From: an uncultured Granulosicoccaceae bacterium
GTDB lineage: Bacteria > Pseudomonadota > Gammaproteobacteria > Granulosicoccales > Granulosicoccaceae
Assembly: GCA_938006335.1 (NCBI GenBank)
Contig: CALLMF010000001.1
Coordinates: 30,253-94,252 of the forward strand
DNA: 64,000 nt
Direction: 5' to 3'
Below the pieces are notes generated by a model. It saw nothing but the letters and a program-made list of their open reading frames with translations. It did no database searches and was not told the DNA's origin. The position numbers were made by a program, and so were the translations under genes. Positions 18,199 through 26,970 of the stretch are shown one piece after another (the stretch's first letter is position 1; every line of letters begins with the position of its first letter).

Positions 18199-18582
18199 TC
18201 AGTCGCCGAGGTAGAGCACGCCCTCTGCCTCTACCGCAACACCCTTGGGCAAGCCGGACACTTCGACAGCCGCACGTGCCGGGTAAGGCTCATCGAAACG
18301 CTCGGCCATCACTTCGTTGACGAGCGGAAAATCGGCAAGATCGGTCAGGTAGATATTGAGCTTGACCACTTGGGAGAGGTCGCCGCCGGCAGCCACGACA
18401 ATGGCTTCAAAATTCGTGAAGACCTGCTTGATCTGTTCTTTCACGTCTCCCGCGACCACTTCCATGGTGTCGGGTACCAACGGGATCTGGCCCGATATCC
18501 ACACCGTATTGCCAGCACGTACTGCCTGGGAATAGGCGCCGATGGCTCCGGGGGCATTGCTGGTGGCTACTACCTTGCGCAT
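18199..18582 (-). CDS. ridA: RidA/YjgF-family enamine deaminase
   Basis: Motifs APGAIGAYSQAV, SGQIPL and PYPARAAV...LPKG..VE. Confidence 0.92.
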   Translation of the reverse strand: MRKVVATSNAPGAIGAYSQAVRAGNTVWISGQIPLVPDTMEVVAGDVKEQIKQVFTNFEAIVVAAGGDLSQVVKLNIYLTDLADFPLVNEVMAERFDEPYPARAAVEVSGLPKGVAVEAEGVLYLGD

Positions 18583-18653
18583 GGGAGGCTAATCGCGAAT
18601 GAACGAGCGCGACAGGGTACACGAGACAGCGGAAGCCCGACTCCCTGCCGGGT

Positions 18654-20894
18654 TCAGGTTTCGCGGGTGACAGAGCGCACCATGGTGAGGTTGCGCAGAC
18701 GCCTGACAATACGCGCCAGTTGTTGTCGATCACGAACCGCCAGCACGAAGCGGATGGTGATGTTGTCGTCACCGGTGTTGTTGAAGTCCATGTTCTCGAT
18801 ATTCACGTTCATGACCGAGACGGTCGACGTGACGCGTGCAAGAGCACCGGGCTGGTTGGCCAGATGGACCATCAACACCACTTCATAGTCGCCTTCCACA
18901 TCGGGCGACCACTCCACGGCAACCTGCTCACGCGGACGCCGGCGAAATCGATTGACGTTACGGCAGCCATTGCGGTGCACCGCGACTCCGCTGCCAGCAC
19001 TGAAAAAGCCCTTGATACTGTCGCCGGGGATCGGGCGACAACACTTGGATAGATGCAGCGTCGAGTGATCGGGTGACGAGATCTGGACCGGAGCGCTGTC
19101 GCGCATTTCACGGGCGCGGGCAGAATCTTCGCCCTCGTGTTTCTTGATCAGGCGCTCGGCGATGCCACTGGGCAAGTGCAGACCCAGGCCGAGATCGGTG
19201 TAGAGATCCTCGAGGGTATCGAGGCGCATGTCAGCAAGCACCTCTGTCACGCAGTCGTTTGGAATACTCTCCAGTGACATGTCGTAGCGACCCAGAGCAC
19301 GACGTAGCAGGCGCTCGCCAAAACCGATGGCCTGCTGTCGATCAAGTGCACGCAGGTGCTGACGGATTGAGCTGCGTGCCTTGGCCGTGACCACCGAGTT
19401 CAACCACATCGGGCTTGGCGCCTCGGCCTTTCCGGTAATGATCTCGACGGTCTGGCCGGATTCGAGCGGGTCGGACACAGACGCGAGGCGATGATCGATC
19501 TTGGCTGACACGCAGGTATTGCCGATATCGGAATGCACGGCGTAGGCAAAATCAACCGCGGTGGAGCCCCGCGGCAACTGCACGATGCGCCCCTTCGGCG
19601 TGAACACGTAGATCTCGCCGGGGCACAGATCAATCTTGACGTTCTCGACGAAGTCGAGTGGGTCACTGGATTTTTGTTGCAGGTCCACCAGGCCGTCGAG
19701 CCAACGTGGCGTTACCGTGTCCCCGCTCTTGTAGGCCCAGTGTGCTGCCACGCCAGACTCGGCGATCTCGTGCATTTCACGGGTGCGGATCTGAACTTCC
19801 ACCGGCAGGCCACCTGCGGTGTCATGCACCACGGTATGCAATGAGCGATAACCGTTGGCCTTCGGCAGGGCAATGTAGTCCTTGAAGCGCTGAAACAGGG
19901 GCGCGTACAACTGGTGGACCACACCGAGGGTCTGGTAGCAGTCTTCGACCGAATCGACCACAACGCGCAGACCGAACATGTCGAACACGCGCTGAAACGG
20001 CAGTTGCTTGCTCAGCATCTTGGAGTACAGCCCGTAGAGGTGCTTTTCCCGGCTACGCACGGTGCTGGCAATACCGTGTTCCTGCAATGCCGCTTCGATG
20101 CGGGCGGCAATCTTTGCGACCGCACTCTCCCGATGACGATGAGCATGCTCGACCGTAGCCGCAAGAATACGGGCGCGCATCGGATAGCAGGCGTGAAAGC
20201 CGAGATCCTCCAGTTCGTTCTTGATGCCGTACATGCCGAGTCGTGCAGCAATCGGCGCATAGATGTCGAGCGTCTCGCGACCGATCCGGCGTTGCTTGTC
20301 TGGCCTCAGTGAACTGAGGGTGCGCATGTTGTGCAAGCGATCCGCCAGCTTGATGAGAATCACCCGGATGTCGGTCACCATCGCCATCAGCAGCTTGCGA
20401 AAGCTCTCGGCCTGGGCTTCCTGCTTGCTGCGAAAAGCGACTCCGGTCAGCTTGCTGACCCCGTCGACCATGTGTGCCACCTCTTCACCGAACTCGGCGA
20501 CCAGCTGCTCGCGGTCGGTCGGCGTGTCTTCGAGTACGTCGTGCAACAGCGCCGCCATGGCGCTGCGGTGATCGAGGCCGAGCTCCACCACGATGCCGGC
20601 CACGGCGACCGGGTGAGTAATGTAGGGCTCTCCGGAAGAACGGGTGACACCGGCATGCGCATCACGGGCGAGCGCAAAAGCGCGACCGATATCCTTGATG
20701 TCCTCTGCATCGAAGCGCTGGATCAGCTTGGCCTGCAGGCGAAACCACGCAGCCTCAACGGCCGGCTCCTCGGAACCGTTCAGCGGACTGGAGTCGATCA
20801 GGGGTGCAGCGGGCGCGACAAGGGGGGGGCTGGCGGACGATCCGGACGCCGGTTCGTCGGTCTCGGGAATATCGGCAGGACCGAGATGCTGCAC
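18654..20894 (-). CDS. spoT: Bifunctional (p)ppGpp synthetase/hydrolase
   Basis: Intact HD hydrolase (HPVAVA, LHDVLEDT), synthetase with RFKDY, then TGS and ACT domains; located after rpoZ. The start position is uncertain. Confidence 0.95.
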   Translation of the reverse strand: MQHLGPADIPETDEPASGSSASPPLVAPAAPLIDSSPLNGSEEPAVEAAWFRLQAKLIQRFDAEDIKDIGRAFALARDAHAGVTRSSGEPYITHPVAVAGIVVELGLDHRSAMAALLHDVLEDTPTDREQLVAEFGEEVAHMVDGVSKLTGVAFRSKQEAQAESFRKLLMAMVTDIRVILIKLADRLHNMRTLSSLRPDKQRRIGRETLDIYAPIAARLGMYGIKNELEDLGFHACYPMRARILAATVEHAHRHRESAVAKIAARIEAALQEHGIASTVRSREKHLYGLYSKMLSKQLPFQRVFDMFGLRVVVDSVEDCYQTLGVVHQLYAPLFQRFKDYIALPKANGYRSLHTVVHDTAGGLPVEVQIRTREMHEIAESGVAAHWAYKSGDTVTPRWLDGLVDLQQKSSDPLDFVENVKIDLCPGEIYVFTPKGRIVQLPRGSTAVDFAYAVHSDIGNTCVSAKIDHRLASVSDPLESGQTVEIITGKAEAPSPMWLNSVVTAKARSSIRQHLRALDRQQAIGFGERLLRRALGRYDMSLESIPNDCVTEVLADMRLDTLEDLYTDLGLGLHLPSGIAERLIKKHEGEDSARAREMRDSAPVQISSPDHSTLHLSKCCRPIPGDSIKGFFSAGSGVAVHRNGCRNVNRFRRRPREQVAVEWSPDVEGDYEVVLMVHLANQPGALARVTSTVSVMNVNIENMDFNNTGDDNITIRFVLAVRDRQQLARIVRRLRNLTMVRSVTRET

Positions 20895-20972
20895 GTCAAA
20901 CTCGCTCGGCTGACGTGCCGGACGACACGGAATGGCGGTGACGCCAGCCAGCCACGTATCGCAAAGCCATGA

Positions 20973-20996
20973 TGCGCGGGCAGATAGTCCCGCGCA
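20973..20996. other. Intergenic hairpin between rpoZ and spoT
   Basis: TGCGCGGG-8 nt-CCCGCGCA perfect 8-bp stem with no clear U-tract. Confidence 0.4.
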
Positions 20997-21016
20997 GCAC
21001 GGTCGCCATGCGGCGA

Positions 21017-21280
21017 CTAGAAGTCTTCGCGCAGACCCTTGTCATAGGCAACGGGTTCGACCGGCGCGGGTGGGGGCGGCGGTGCTTCCTTGAGGATGTC
21101 CTCACCCACGAGACCGTCAGCGATCTCACGCAGCGCAATCACTGTCGGTTTGTCGTTGTCAGCTGACACGAAGGGCTCGGCACCCATGGAGATGTTGCGA
21201 GCACGCTTGGCAGCAATCAGAACGAGATCGAAGCGGTTGTTGACCTGGGAAAGGCTATCTTCGACGGTGACACGAGCCAT
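21017..21280 (-). CDS. rpoZ: RNA polymerase omega subunit
   Basis: [10 protein letters not shown]...[14 protein letters not shown]...[11 protein letters not shown]. Confidence 0.98.
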   Translation of the reverse strand: MARVTVEDSLSQVNNRFDLVLIAAKRARNISMGAEPFVSADNDKPTVIALREIADGLVGEDILKEAPPPPPAPVEPVAYDKGLREDF

Positions 21281-21414
21281 TCGCTACTCTCTCTTTTTTA
21301 CAGGGAAACGCCTCAGTGTAGTGCTTCACGGCTTGCATGACTACTGCAAAAATCGTGCTCCGCCGGCACGACAGCCATTCTGTGCAATCCGACCGGAAAG
21401 AGCGGCTGCTCGCC

Positions 21415-22044
21415 TCAGTGCGTGAGATTGGTGATCAGGCCAGCGTGGCGCAACGCCTGGCGCGGTTTCGTGACGCGGTGCGCAAGGATTACCCCCTTGA
21501 GCTCAGCCAGCGCCTGCTCGAAATCATCATTGATGATCAGATAGTCGGCCCGGTGATACTGCTTCATTTCCGTCACGGCCTCCTCGGTGCGGCGCTCGAT
21601 GGTCTCTTCACTGTCCTGCCCTCGCCCCTTCAGACGCTCGATCAGCGTGGCTCGCGAGGGCGGCAGCACGAAGATCGACACCACGTCGTCGAGCTTCTTG
21701 CGGACCTGCTTGGCGCCCTGCCAATCGATCTCCAGAATGACGTCGCTACCGGCGTTCAGGCAGGTCTGCACCGATCCCACCGAGGTGCCATAGTAGTTGC
21801 CGAAGACCTCGGCATACTCAAGGAATTGGTCGTCATCGATCATCTGCTCGAACGATTCGCGGCTCGTGTAGTAGTAGTCCACGCCTTCGGTTTCACCGGA
21901 GCGTGGCGCGCGCGTGGTGTGCGACACCGACACCGCGAGATCATCAAGATCCGAGATGGCCTGGCGCACCAGGCTGGTCTTGCCCGCACCAGAAGGCGCA
22001 GACACGATGAACATCTGTGCGGAGACGGCTTGCATGGACGACAT
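21415..22044 (-). CDS. gmk: Guanylate kinase
   Basis: Motifs SAPSGAGKTSL, SHTTRAPR.GE..GVDY and LEIDWQGA. Confidence 0.98.
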   Translation of the reverse strand: MSSMQAVSAQMFIVSAPSGAGKTSLVRQAISDLDDLAVSVSHTTRAPRSGETEGVDYYYTSRESFEQMIDDDQFLEYAEVFGNYYGTSVGSVQTCLNAGSDVILEIDWQGAKQVRKKLDDVVSIFVLPPSRATLIERLKGRGQDSEETIERRTEEAVTEMKQYHRADYLIINDDFEQALAELKGVILAHRVTKPRQALRHAGLITNLTH

Positions 22045-22088
22045 TCTGGCGGTGGAGATTTACGGAGCATAGCTGTTCGGACTGCTGG

Positions 22089-23129
22089 ATGAACGCCACG
22101 GCCGGAACCCCCGCTGTCAGCATTCTGTTGCCGGTACGCGGCAGGCGAACGACAACCCGCAGCGCGGTGCAAAGCCTCCTTGAACAGGACTTCGAGGACT
22201 TCGAACTGCTGGTCGTCGGGCAACAGGATGTCGAACGTGCCACCGCAGCGCTTCCGCAGGATCCGCGCATTCGCCGTATTGCCCGGCTCGAGCCCGGCAT
22301 CGTGAGCGCACTGAATACCGGGCTTGCCGCGCGCGGCACGTTCATCGCCCGGATGGACGATGACGACATCGCCTACCCCAATCGTCTCTCTACCCAACTC
22401 GAGCTGCTACGGCGTTTGCCCACGCCCGCCATGGTCGGCGCCAAGGTACGGATGGTGGATGCCAATGGCAGCACCGAAGGGATTGCCGACGGCAATCATC
22501 GCTATGCCGAGTGGCTCAACGGGCTGATCCGAGCCGAGGCGATTGCTGCTGCCGTCTTCATCGAGAATCCACTACCCCATCCGACCTGGCTTGCGCCGCG
22601 TACGGTGTTCGAGCGCCTCGAGGGCTACAGGCATGGACCCTTTGCCGAAGACCACGACTTCATTCTGCGTGCGGCGCGTGCCGGGGTCACCTTTGCAAAA
22701 CCAGACGAGACGCTGCTCGATTGGCGTGATCACGATGACCGACTCACACGGACCGACGAGCGCTACGCGAGGGAGGCCTTCATCGAGATGAAGGCAGCAG
22801 CCTTGACCCACCCCCAGGCAGGCTTTGCCTTGTGCGGGAGTAACCGGCGCGGCGTGTGGATTGCCGGTGTAGGCCGAAGTGCTCGGCGTTGGTGTGATGC
22901 GCTGACTGCGCGAGATGTCGAGGTGCATGGTTTTGTGGACCTCGCAGGCCCTCGCAAGAAGAACAGCAAGCGGCACCGACCCGTCCTCGACTACGACGGA
23001 CTGCTTGCACAACGCGGTGACGATCTGCTCGTCGGTGCGGTCACGCGACCAGAAGCGCGCGAGCATCTTGCCAATTGGTGTCGCTCGGTGGGTTGGGTCG
23101 CCATGCGCGACTATGTGCTGGGCGACTGA
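22089..23129 (+). CDS. Family 2 glycosyltransferase
   Basis: Motifs VSILLPV, IARMDDDDIAYPNRL, HPTW and AEDHDF; start set at ATG 22089. Confidence 0.85.
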   Translation: MNATAGTPAVSILLPVRGRRTTTRSAVQSLLEQDFEDFELLVVGQQDVERATAALPQDPRIRRIARLEPGIVSALNTGLAARGTFIARMDDDDIAYPNRLSTQLELLRRLPTPAMVGAKVRMVDANGSTEGIADGNHRYAEWLNGLIRAEAIAAAVFIENPLPHPTWLAPRTVFERLEGYRHGPFAEDHDFILRAARAGVTFAKPDETLLDWRDHDDRLTRTDERYAREAFIEMKAAALTHPQAGFALCGSNRRGVWIAGVGRSARRWCDALTARDVEVHGFVDLAGPRKKNSKRHRPVLDYDGLLAQRGDDLLVGAVTRPEAREHLANWCRSVGWVAMRDYVLGD

Positions 23130-23139
23130 CTGGCGAATT

Positions 23140-24501
23140 TCAACCGCTGGAGTCGGCAGCAGTTTTCACCAACTGCCGGCGCCAATGACCACTGTGCATG
23201 CGCCAGTGCAGGGGAATTGCCTTCAAGGCTTCATCAAGCAACAGCACCAGAAAAACAAGAAACACGGGTAGCTTGATCACCAGCACCACAAAGGCGGTCA
23301 CCGGCACAAGGAAAACCCATTGCGACACAAGATTCACATAGAAGGCGAAGGTGCCATCTCCCCCGGCGCGCAACACCTGCCCACACAGCGTGTTTGACGC
23401 ACGGATCAAGGGCATCAGCATCAACAAGGGCAACAGGGATTTTATGATCGACACCGTTTCCGACTGTAGCGATGGATAGAACACATCGATCGTCGAGACG
23501 AGCAGTGCATAAAATATCGCCAGCGCCACAGCCCCGATGAAGATCACTCGCCAGCTGCGCGACACGTGATCATCCACGTCACCGTTGTCACCACGTCCGA
23601 GCATCTGCCCGACCAGTATCGCTGCGGCCTGCGCCCACGGGGTATAGAACAGCGAGCCAAACCGCGACCAGGTGATGACCAATGTCATCGCCGCAAAGCC
23701 CACGACACCGAGGCGCGCATATATCAGCAAACAGACGTTTTGCGCGACGATGATGCAGACAAGCGACCCTGCCACCGGTAGCGCTTGCTCGAGGTAGCGG
23801 CGCAAACTGCTAGTGATCCAGCGCAGCGTCCACAGCGGCCAGCAGACAAACGCAAGCCGCTCACGCCGCACCATCAGCATCAACAAGCAGGCTCTCAAAA
23901 CCGCTGCAACCGCGGTGCCTATCGCAGCGCCTGCAACGCCGAGCGCAGGGAAGCCCCACATGCCATGCACCAGCGCGACACTGAGCAGGATGTTGACCGG
24001 CGTTTCGATCAGCGTGCTGTAGAAGGTCAGACGGCTCTTGCCAATGCCGTACAAGGTCACCGTGAGGTGCTGTGACACGGTGACACCCACCAGAGCCACG
24101 GTGAGAACCTGCAGGTAATCAAAAGCCAGATCTCCGACGTCAGGCTCCGGGGCCAGCGCAAGCATCAGCGATTTTCCACCGCCAACAATCGCGACAACAC
24201 CAAGCAGCACCACGGCAAGGCCGGTCGCAAGTCCGGTCCAGAAGGTGGCTTGCATGCCAGTGACATTCTTCGCGCCATGGCCCTGCGCCATCAGAATCTG
24301 CGTGCCGTTGGACAAGGCAAACAACACACCGAGCAACAGTGCACTCACCGTGCTCGCAAGCCCCATGGCCGCAAGTGCATGCTCACCCAGCGGTGCAACC
24401 ACCACGGTGTCAATCAGCAAGACAGCCTGCAACAGCAAGCCATTGAGTGCGATCGGCCAGGCAAGAGCGAGTGTCTGACGATTGGCCGCAAACGTACTCA
24501 T
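23140..24501 (-). CDS. MATE-family efflux transporter
   Basis: Motifs LALAWPIAL, IDTVVVAPLGEHALAAMG and FPALGVAGAAIGT; about 12 TM helices. Confidence 0.9.
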   Translation of the reverse strand: MSTFAANRQTLALAWPIALNGLLLQAVLLIDTVVVAPLGEHALAAMGLASTVSALLLGVLFALSNGTQILMAQGHGAKNVTGMQATFWTGLATGLAVVLLGVVAIVGGGKSLMLALAPEPDVGDLAFDYLQVLTVALVGVTVSQHLTVTLYGIGKSRLTFYSTLIETPVNILLSVALVHGMWGFPALGVAGAAIGTAVAAVLRACLLMLMVRRERLAFVCWPLWTLRWITSSLRRYLEQALPVAGSLVCIIVAQNVCLLIYARLGVVGFAAMTLVITWSRFGSLFYTPWAQAAAILVGQMLGRGDNGDVDDHVSRSWRVIFIGAVALAIFYALLVSTIDVFYPSLQSETVSIIKSLLPLLMLMPLIRASNTLCGQVLRAGGDGTFAFYVNLVSQWVFLVPVTAFVVLVIKLPVFLVFLVLLLDEALKAIPLHWRMHSGHWRRQLVKTAADSSG

Positions 24502-24570
24502 ACCGCGAGGACACCCCGCGTAGAATCGAGACGCCGGGCGCCCTCTGGCGACCCACTCGGGGTCTGTCCC

Positions 24571-26886
24571 CTAGGCCTTGGCAAGCTTTTGCACGGTGAC
24601 CTTGAACGATCGCTCCTGCTGATCGGTGAAATACAGATCGCAGTCGTATCCCTGATCATCAAGAAAGCTGAACACACGGCGTGGCGCTGACATCGCGTAG
24701 GGCACCAGCAACATCGCGATGCGATGGCGGCGAGCTTCCGGGAACTTCACGGTCAGACAGGTACTCTCGGGAAGGCCCTCGATCTCGCTCGGATCAACAT
24801 CCGGGAACCCGGTGAATTGGGACAAGGTCGGTGCACCTGCTTCCGACCACAGGAGCTGACCGTAGAAGCCCGCCTTCTCACCAGCATAGCGGAACGTCTT
24901 CTCACCGAGTGACATCGGCTTGTTCGCGTGTAGCAGCCAATCGATGCTGACCGGTGTCTCGGCATCGATACTATCGACAATCACGAAGTACTGGTTGTGA
25001 ACGAAATAGATGTCACGCAACACCGATGTGACATCAGGCGTGAGCGTGCGATAGGCCTCTGTGGCGTCACCTTGCATGTAGATGTGATCACTGCGGTCCT
25101 CAGCGGTCACGATGCGCCCGGTCGAGCGCATTGCCTGCGCCTTGTCGCGGCTCGCATACTGGCCATTGCCGTTGATCAGTATGGCGTTCTTGGAACGTGT
25201 CTGCCGCCGCCACTGCTGATGCATCGTGGAGTTGAACGCCACATAGTGACCCGACTGGATGGCAAGGTCTTCGCCATGAGCCGCCAGGCAGAACGCATTC
25301 TGGTCACCATGACTGTGGCTGATCGAACCGAACGGCGATGACTTCATCACGAACTGCAGATGCTCCTGGGGATCTGCCATGGCCCGCTGAATGGCCACCC
25401 AGCCGATACCACGAAACCATCGCAGTCCATCATCCGGCGGTGTGGCCTCGACGATCGGAAAATCAGTCCGATACGTGAGCTCGTCGAAATTGAAGTCCCA
25501 CCAGCCCCAGTTGTAGAAGGCTATCTCGGTGCCGGGGTTGGTGCGCTTGATGTCGTCGTAGTACCACTGATAGGCGCCCTCACCGGTTACGCCAGCAAAC
25601 TGGCGCAGGTTGTAGCCGAGTTTCACGGCGGGCAGGTCCCCCATGGTCGAGTCATCACCGAAAGTTGCGCGGCGTGTATTTGGCGCTTTGGTGTAGAGCG
25701 CAAAGTCTCCCGTGTGCTGAAAAAACGGTCGCTGGTAAAGATCAATGCCGGTGTAGTTCTTGAGCAGGTTGGCCGCATCGATCAGATAGGCCATGCCGGT
25801 CATCCAGTAATGCGGACCTTCCGCCCAACCGCCATCCGCATCTCCCCACGGTGAGTACACGGTAGACAGGAACTCGATGGCGTAGTGCAGCCAGCCTTCT
25901 GCCTCATCCGCTTCGTCGAGCAAAGCGATGGAAGCGGGTATCAGTACGGCCGACACCGCTCGTACCGCATGGCTATCGTAGGGAAAGAGATGGATGTTTG
26001 CGTGCTGCATGATGTGATCAGCAGTCTCGCGAGTACGCTCGATCAAGGCGACGCGTACCTGCTCACGCTCGTCTGTATCGAGTTCATCATGCAACCAGTC
26101 GTAACCCCAGGCGAGTGCGAGGTTCACACGAAACGCCCACTCGTCGGTGTAGCTGCGTGAGGTGGTGCCCGCCGGGTCCCAGGCCGCCGCCGCCAGCAAC
26201 CATTCCCTGGCCCGGGCCAACATCGCAGCATCGTCGGTGATCCTGCCGCCGACGGCGAGATGCCGAATGGCATACAACAGCTCCTGACAATCGATGTAGG
26301 TCTGGCGCCAGATGGGTGCCACACGCTGATGCTCGGGGTAACCCGCAGGCTCGGACATCACATCGCGTGACATCCACGGCGACACGGATTTTTCGAAGAA
26401 GACATCCCAGCTGCAGTGAGTGGGGTCCTTGGCAAGCGACTGCTTGAAATCAACAATGCGGTTGGGCGTCAGCCACAAGCGCGGGTGGCCACGCTCTGCC
26501 TCGGCAAGCCTGCTGTTGCGTGCCGGCAACGGGGTTTCCGGCAGATCCTCGGGGACGATGAACGAGCGGGTCTCGCTCCACGTGGTCAGGGGCCTGCCGG
26601 TGGTGTCATCACAAACGCTGTACGCCCAATGGTACTCACCCGGATCGAGCGCACGATCCGGTGTGAAGAAATTGAGTGGGATGCCTGCAAACACCTCCGT
26701 GTTGTCGGCATCAAATGAATCGCTTCGAGACAAGCGCAACACGTAGCGGGCCTCGTCTTCGATAACGGGCAACCAGGTAAAACGTGGCGGATTCTCTACC
26801 AGCTCGGTTGACGACGTCGGCGCATAGTGAATGGTCAATCGACCCGCTGCCGGTTCATCCAGGACGGGGAGAGTCTCGCCGGTCAT
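24571..26886 (-). CDS. Exo-type oligoalginate lyase, PL15 (Atu3025-like; DUF4962 + heparinase II/III domains)
   Basis: Motifs ENPPRFTWLP, HPRLWL, PYDSHAVR (His), GWAEGPHYW (Tyr) and SHSHGDQN closely match Agrobacterium Atu3025 as I recall it; no signal peptide. Confidence 0.9.
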   Translation of the reverse strand: MTGETLPVLDEPAAGRLTIHYAPTSSTELVENPPRFTWLPVIEDEARYVLRLSRSDSFDADNTEVFAGIPLNFFTPDRALDPGEYHWAYSVCDDTTGRPLTTWSETRSFIVPEDLPETPLPARNSRLAEAERGHPRLWLTPNRIVDFKQSLAKDPTHCSWDVFFEKSVSPWMSRDVMSEPAGYPEHQRVAPIWRQTYIDCQELLYAIRHLAVGGRITDDAAMLARAREWLLAAAAWDPAGTTSRSYTDEWAFRVNLALAWGYDWLHDELDTDEREQVRVALIERTRETADHIMQHANIHLFPYDSHAVRAVSAVLIPASIALLDEADEAEGWLHYAIEFLSTVYSPWGDADGGWAEGPHYWMTGMAYLIDAANLLKNYTGIDLYQRPFFQHTGDFALYTKAPNTRRATFGDDSTMGDLPAVKLGYNLRQFAGVTGEGAYQWYYDDIKRTNPGTEIAFYNWGWWDFNFDELTYRTDFPIVEATPPDDGLRWFRGIGWVAIQRAMADPQEHLQFVMKSSPFGSISHSHGDQNAFCLAAHGEDLAIQSGHYVAFNSTMHQQWRRQTRSKNAILINGNGQYASRDKAQAMRSTGRIVTAEDRSDHIYMQGDATEAYRTLTPDVTSVLRDIYFVHNQYFVIVDSIDAETPVSIDWLLHANKPMSLGEKTFRYAGEKAGFYGQLLWSEAGAPTLSQFTGFPDVDPSEIEGLPESTCLTVKFPEARRHRIAMLLVPYAMSAPRRVFSFLDDQGYDCDLYFTDQQERSFKVTVQKLAKA

Positions 26887-26920
26887 CAGTCTGAGTGTGC
26901 TCTTGAAAAGGATTGAAGAA

Positions 26921-26948
26921 TCGCGCGGCCGATCATTCGACCGCGCGA
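26921..26948 (-). terminator. Terminator or mRNA-stabilising hairpin after the substrate-binding protein gene
   Basis: TCGCGCGG...CCGCGCGA stem followed on the minus strand by TTCTTCAATCCTTTT. Confidence 0.55.
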
Positions 26949-26970
26949 CTGACTACTTGCAGGTAACGAC

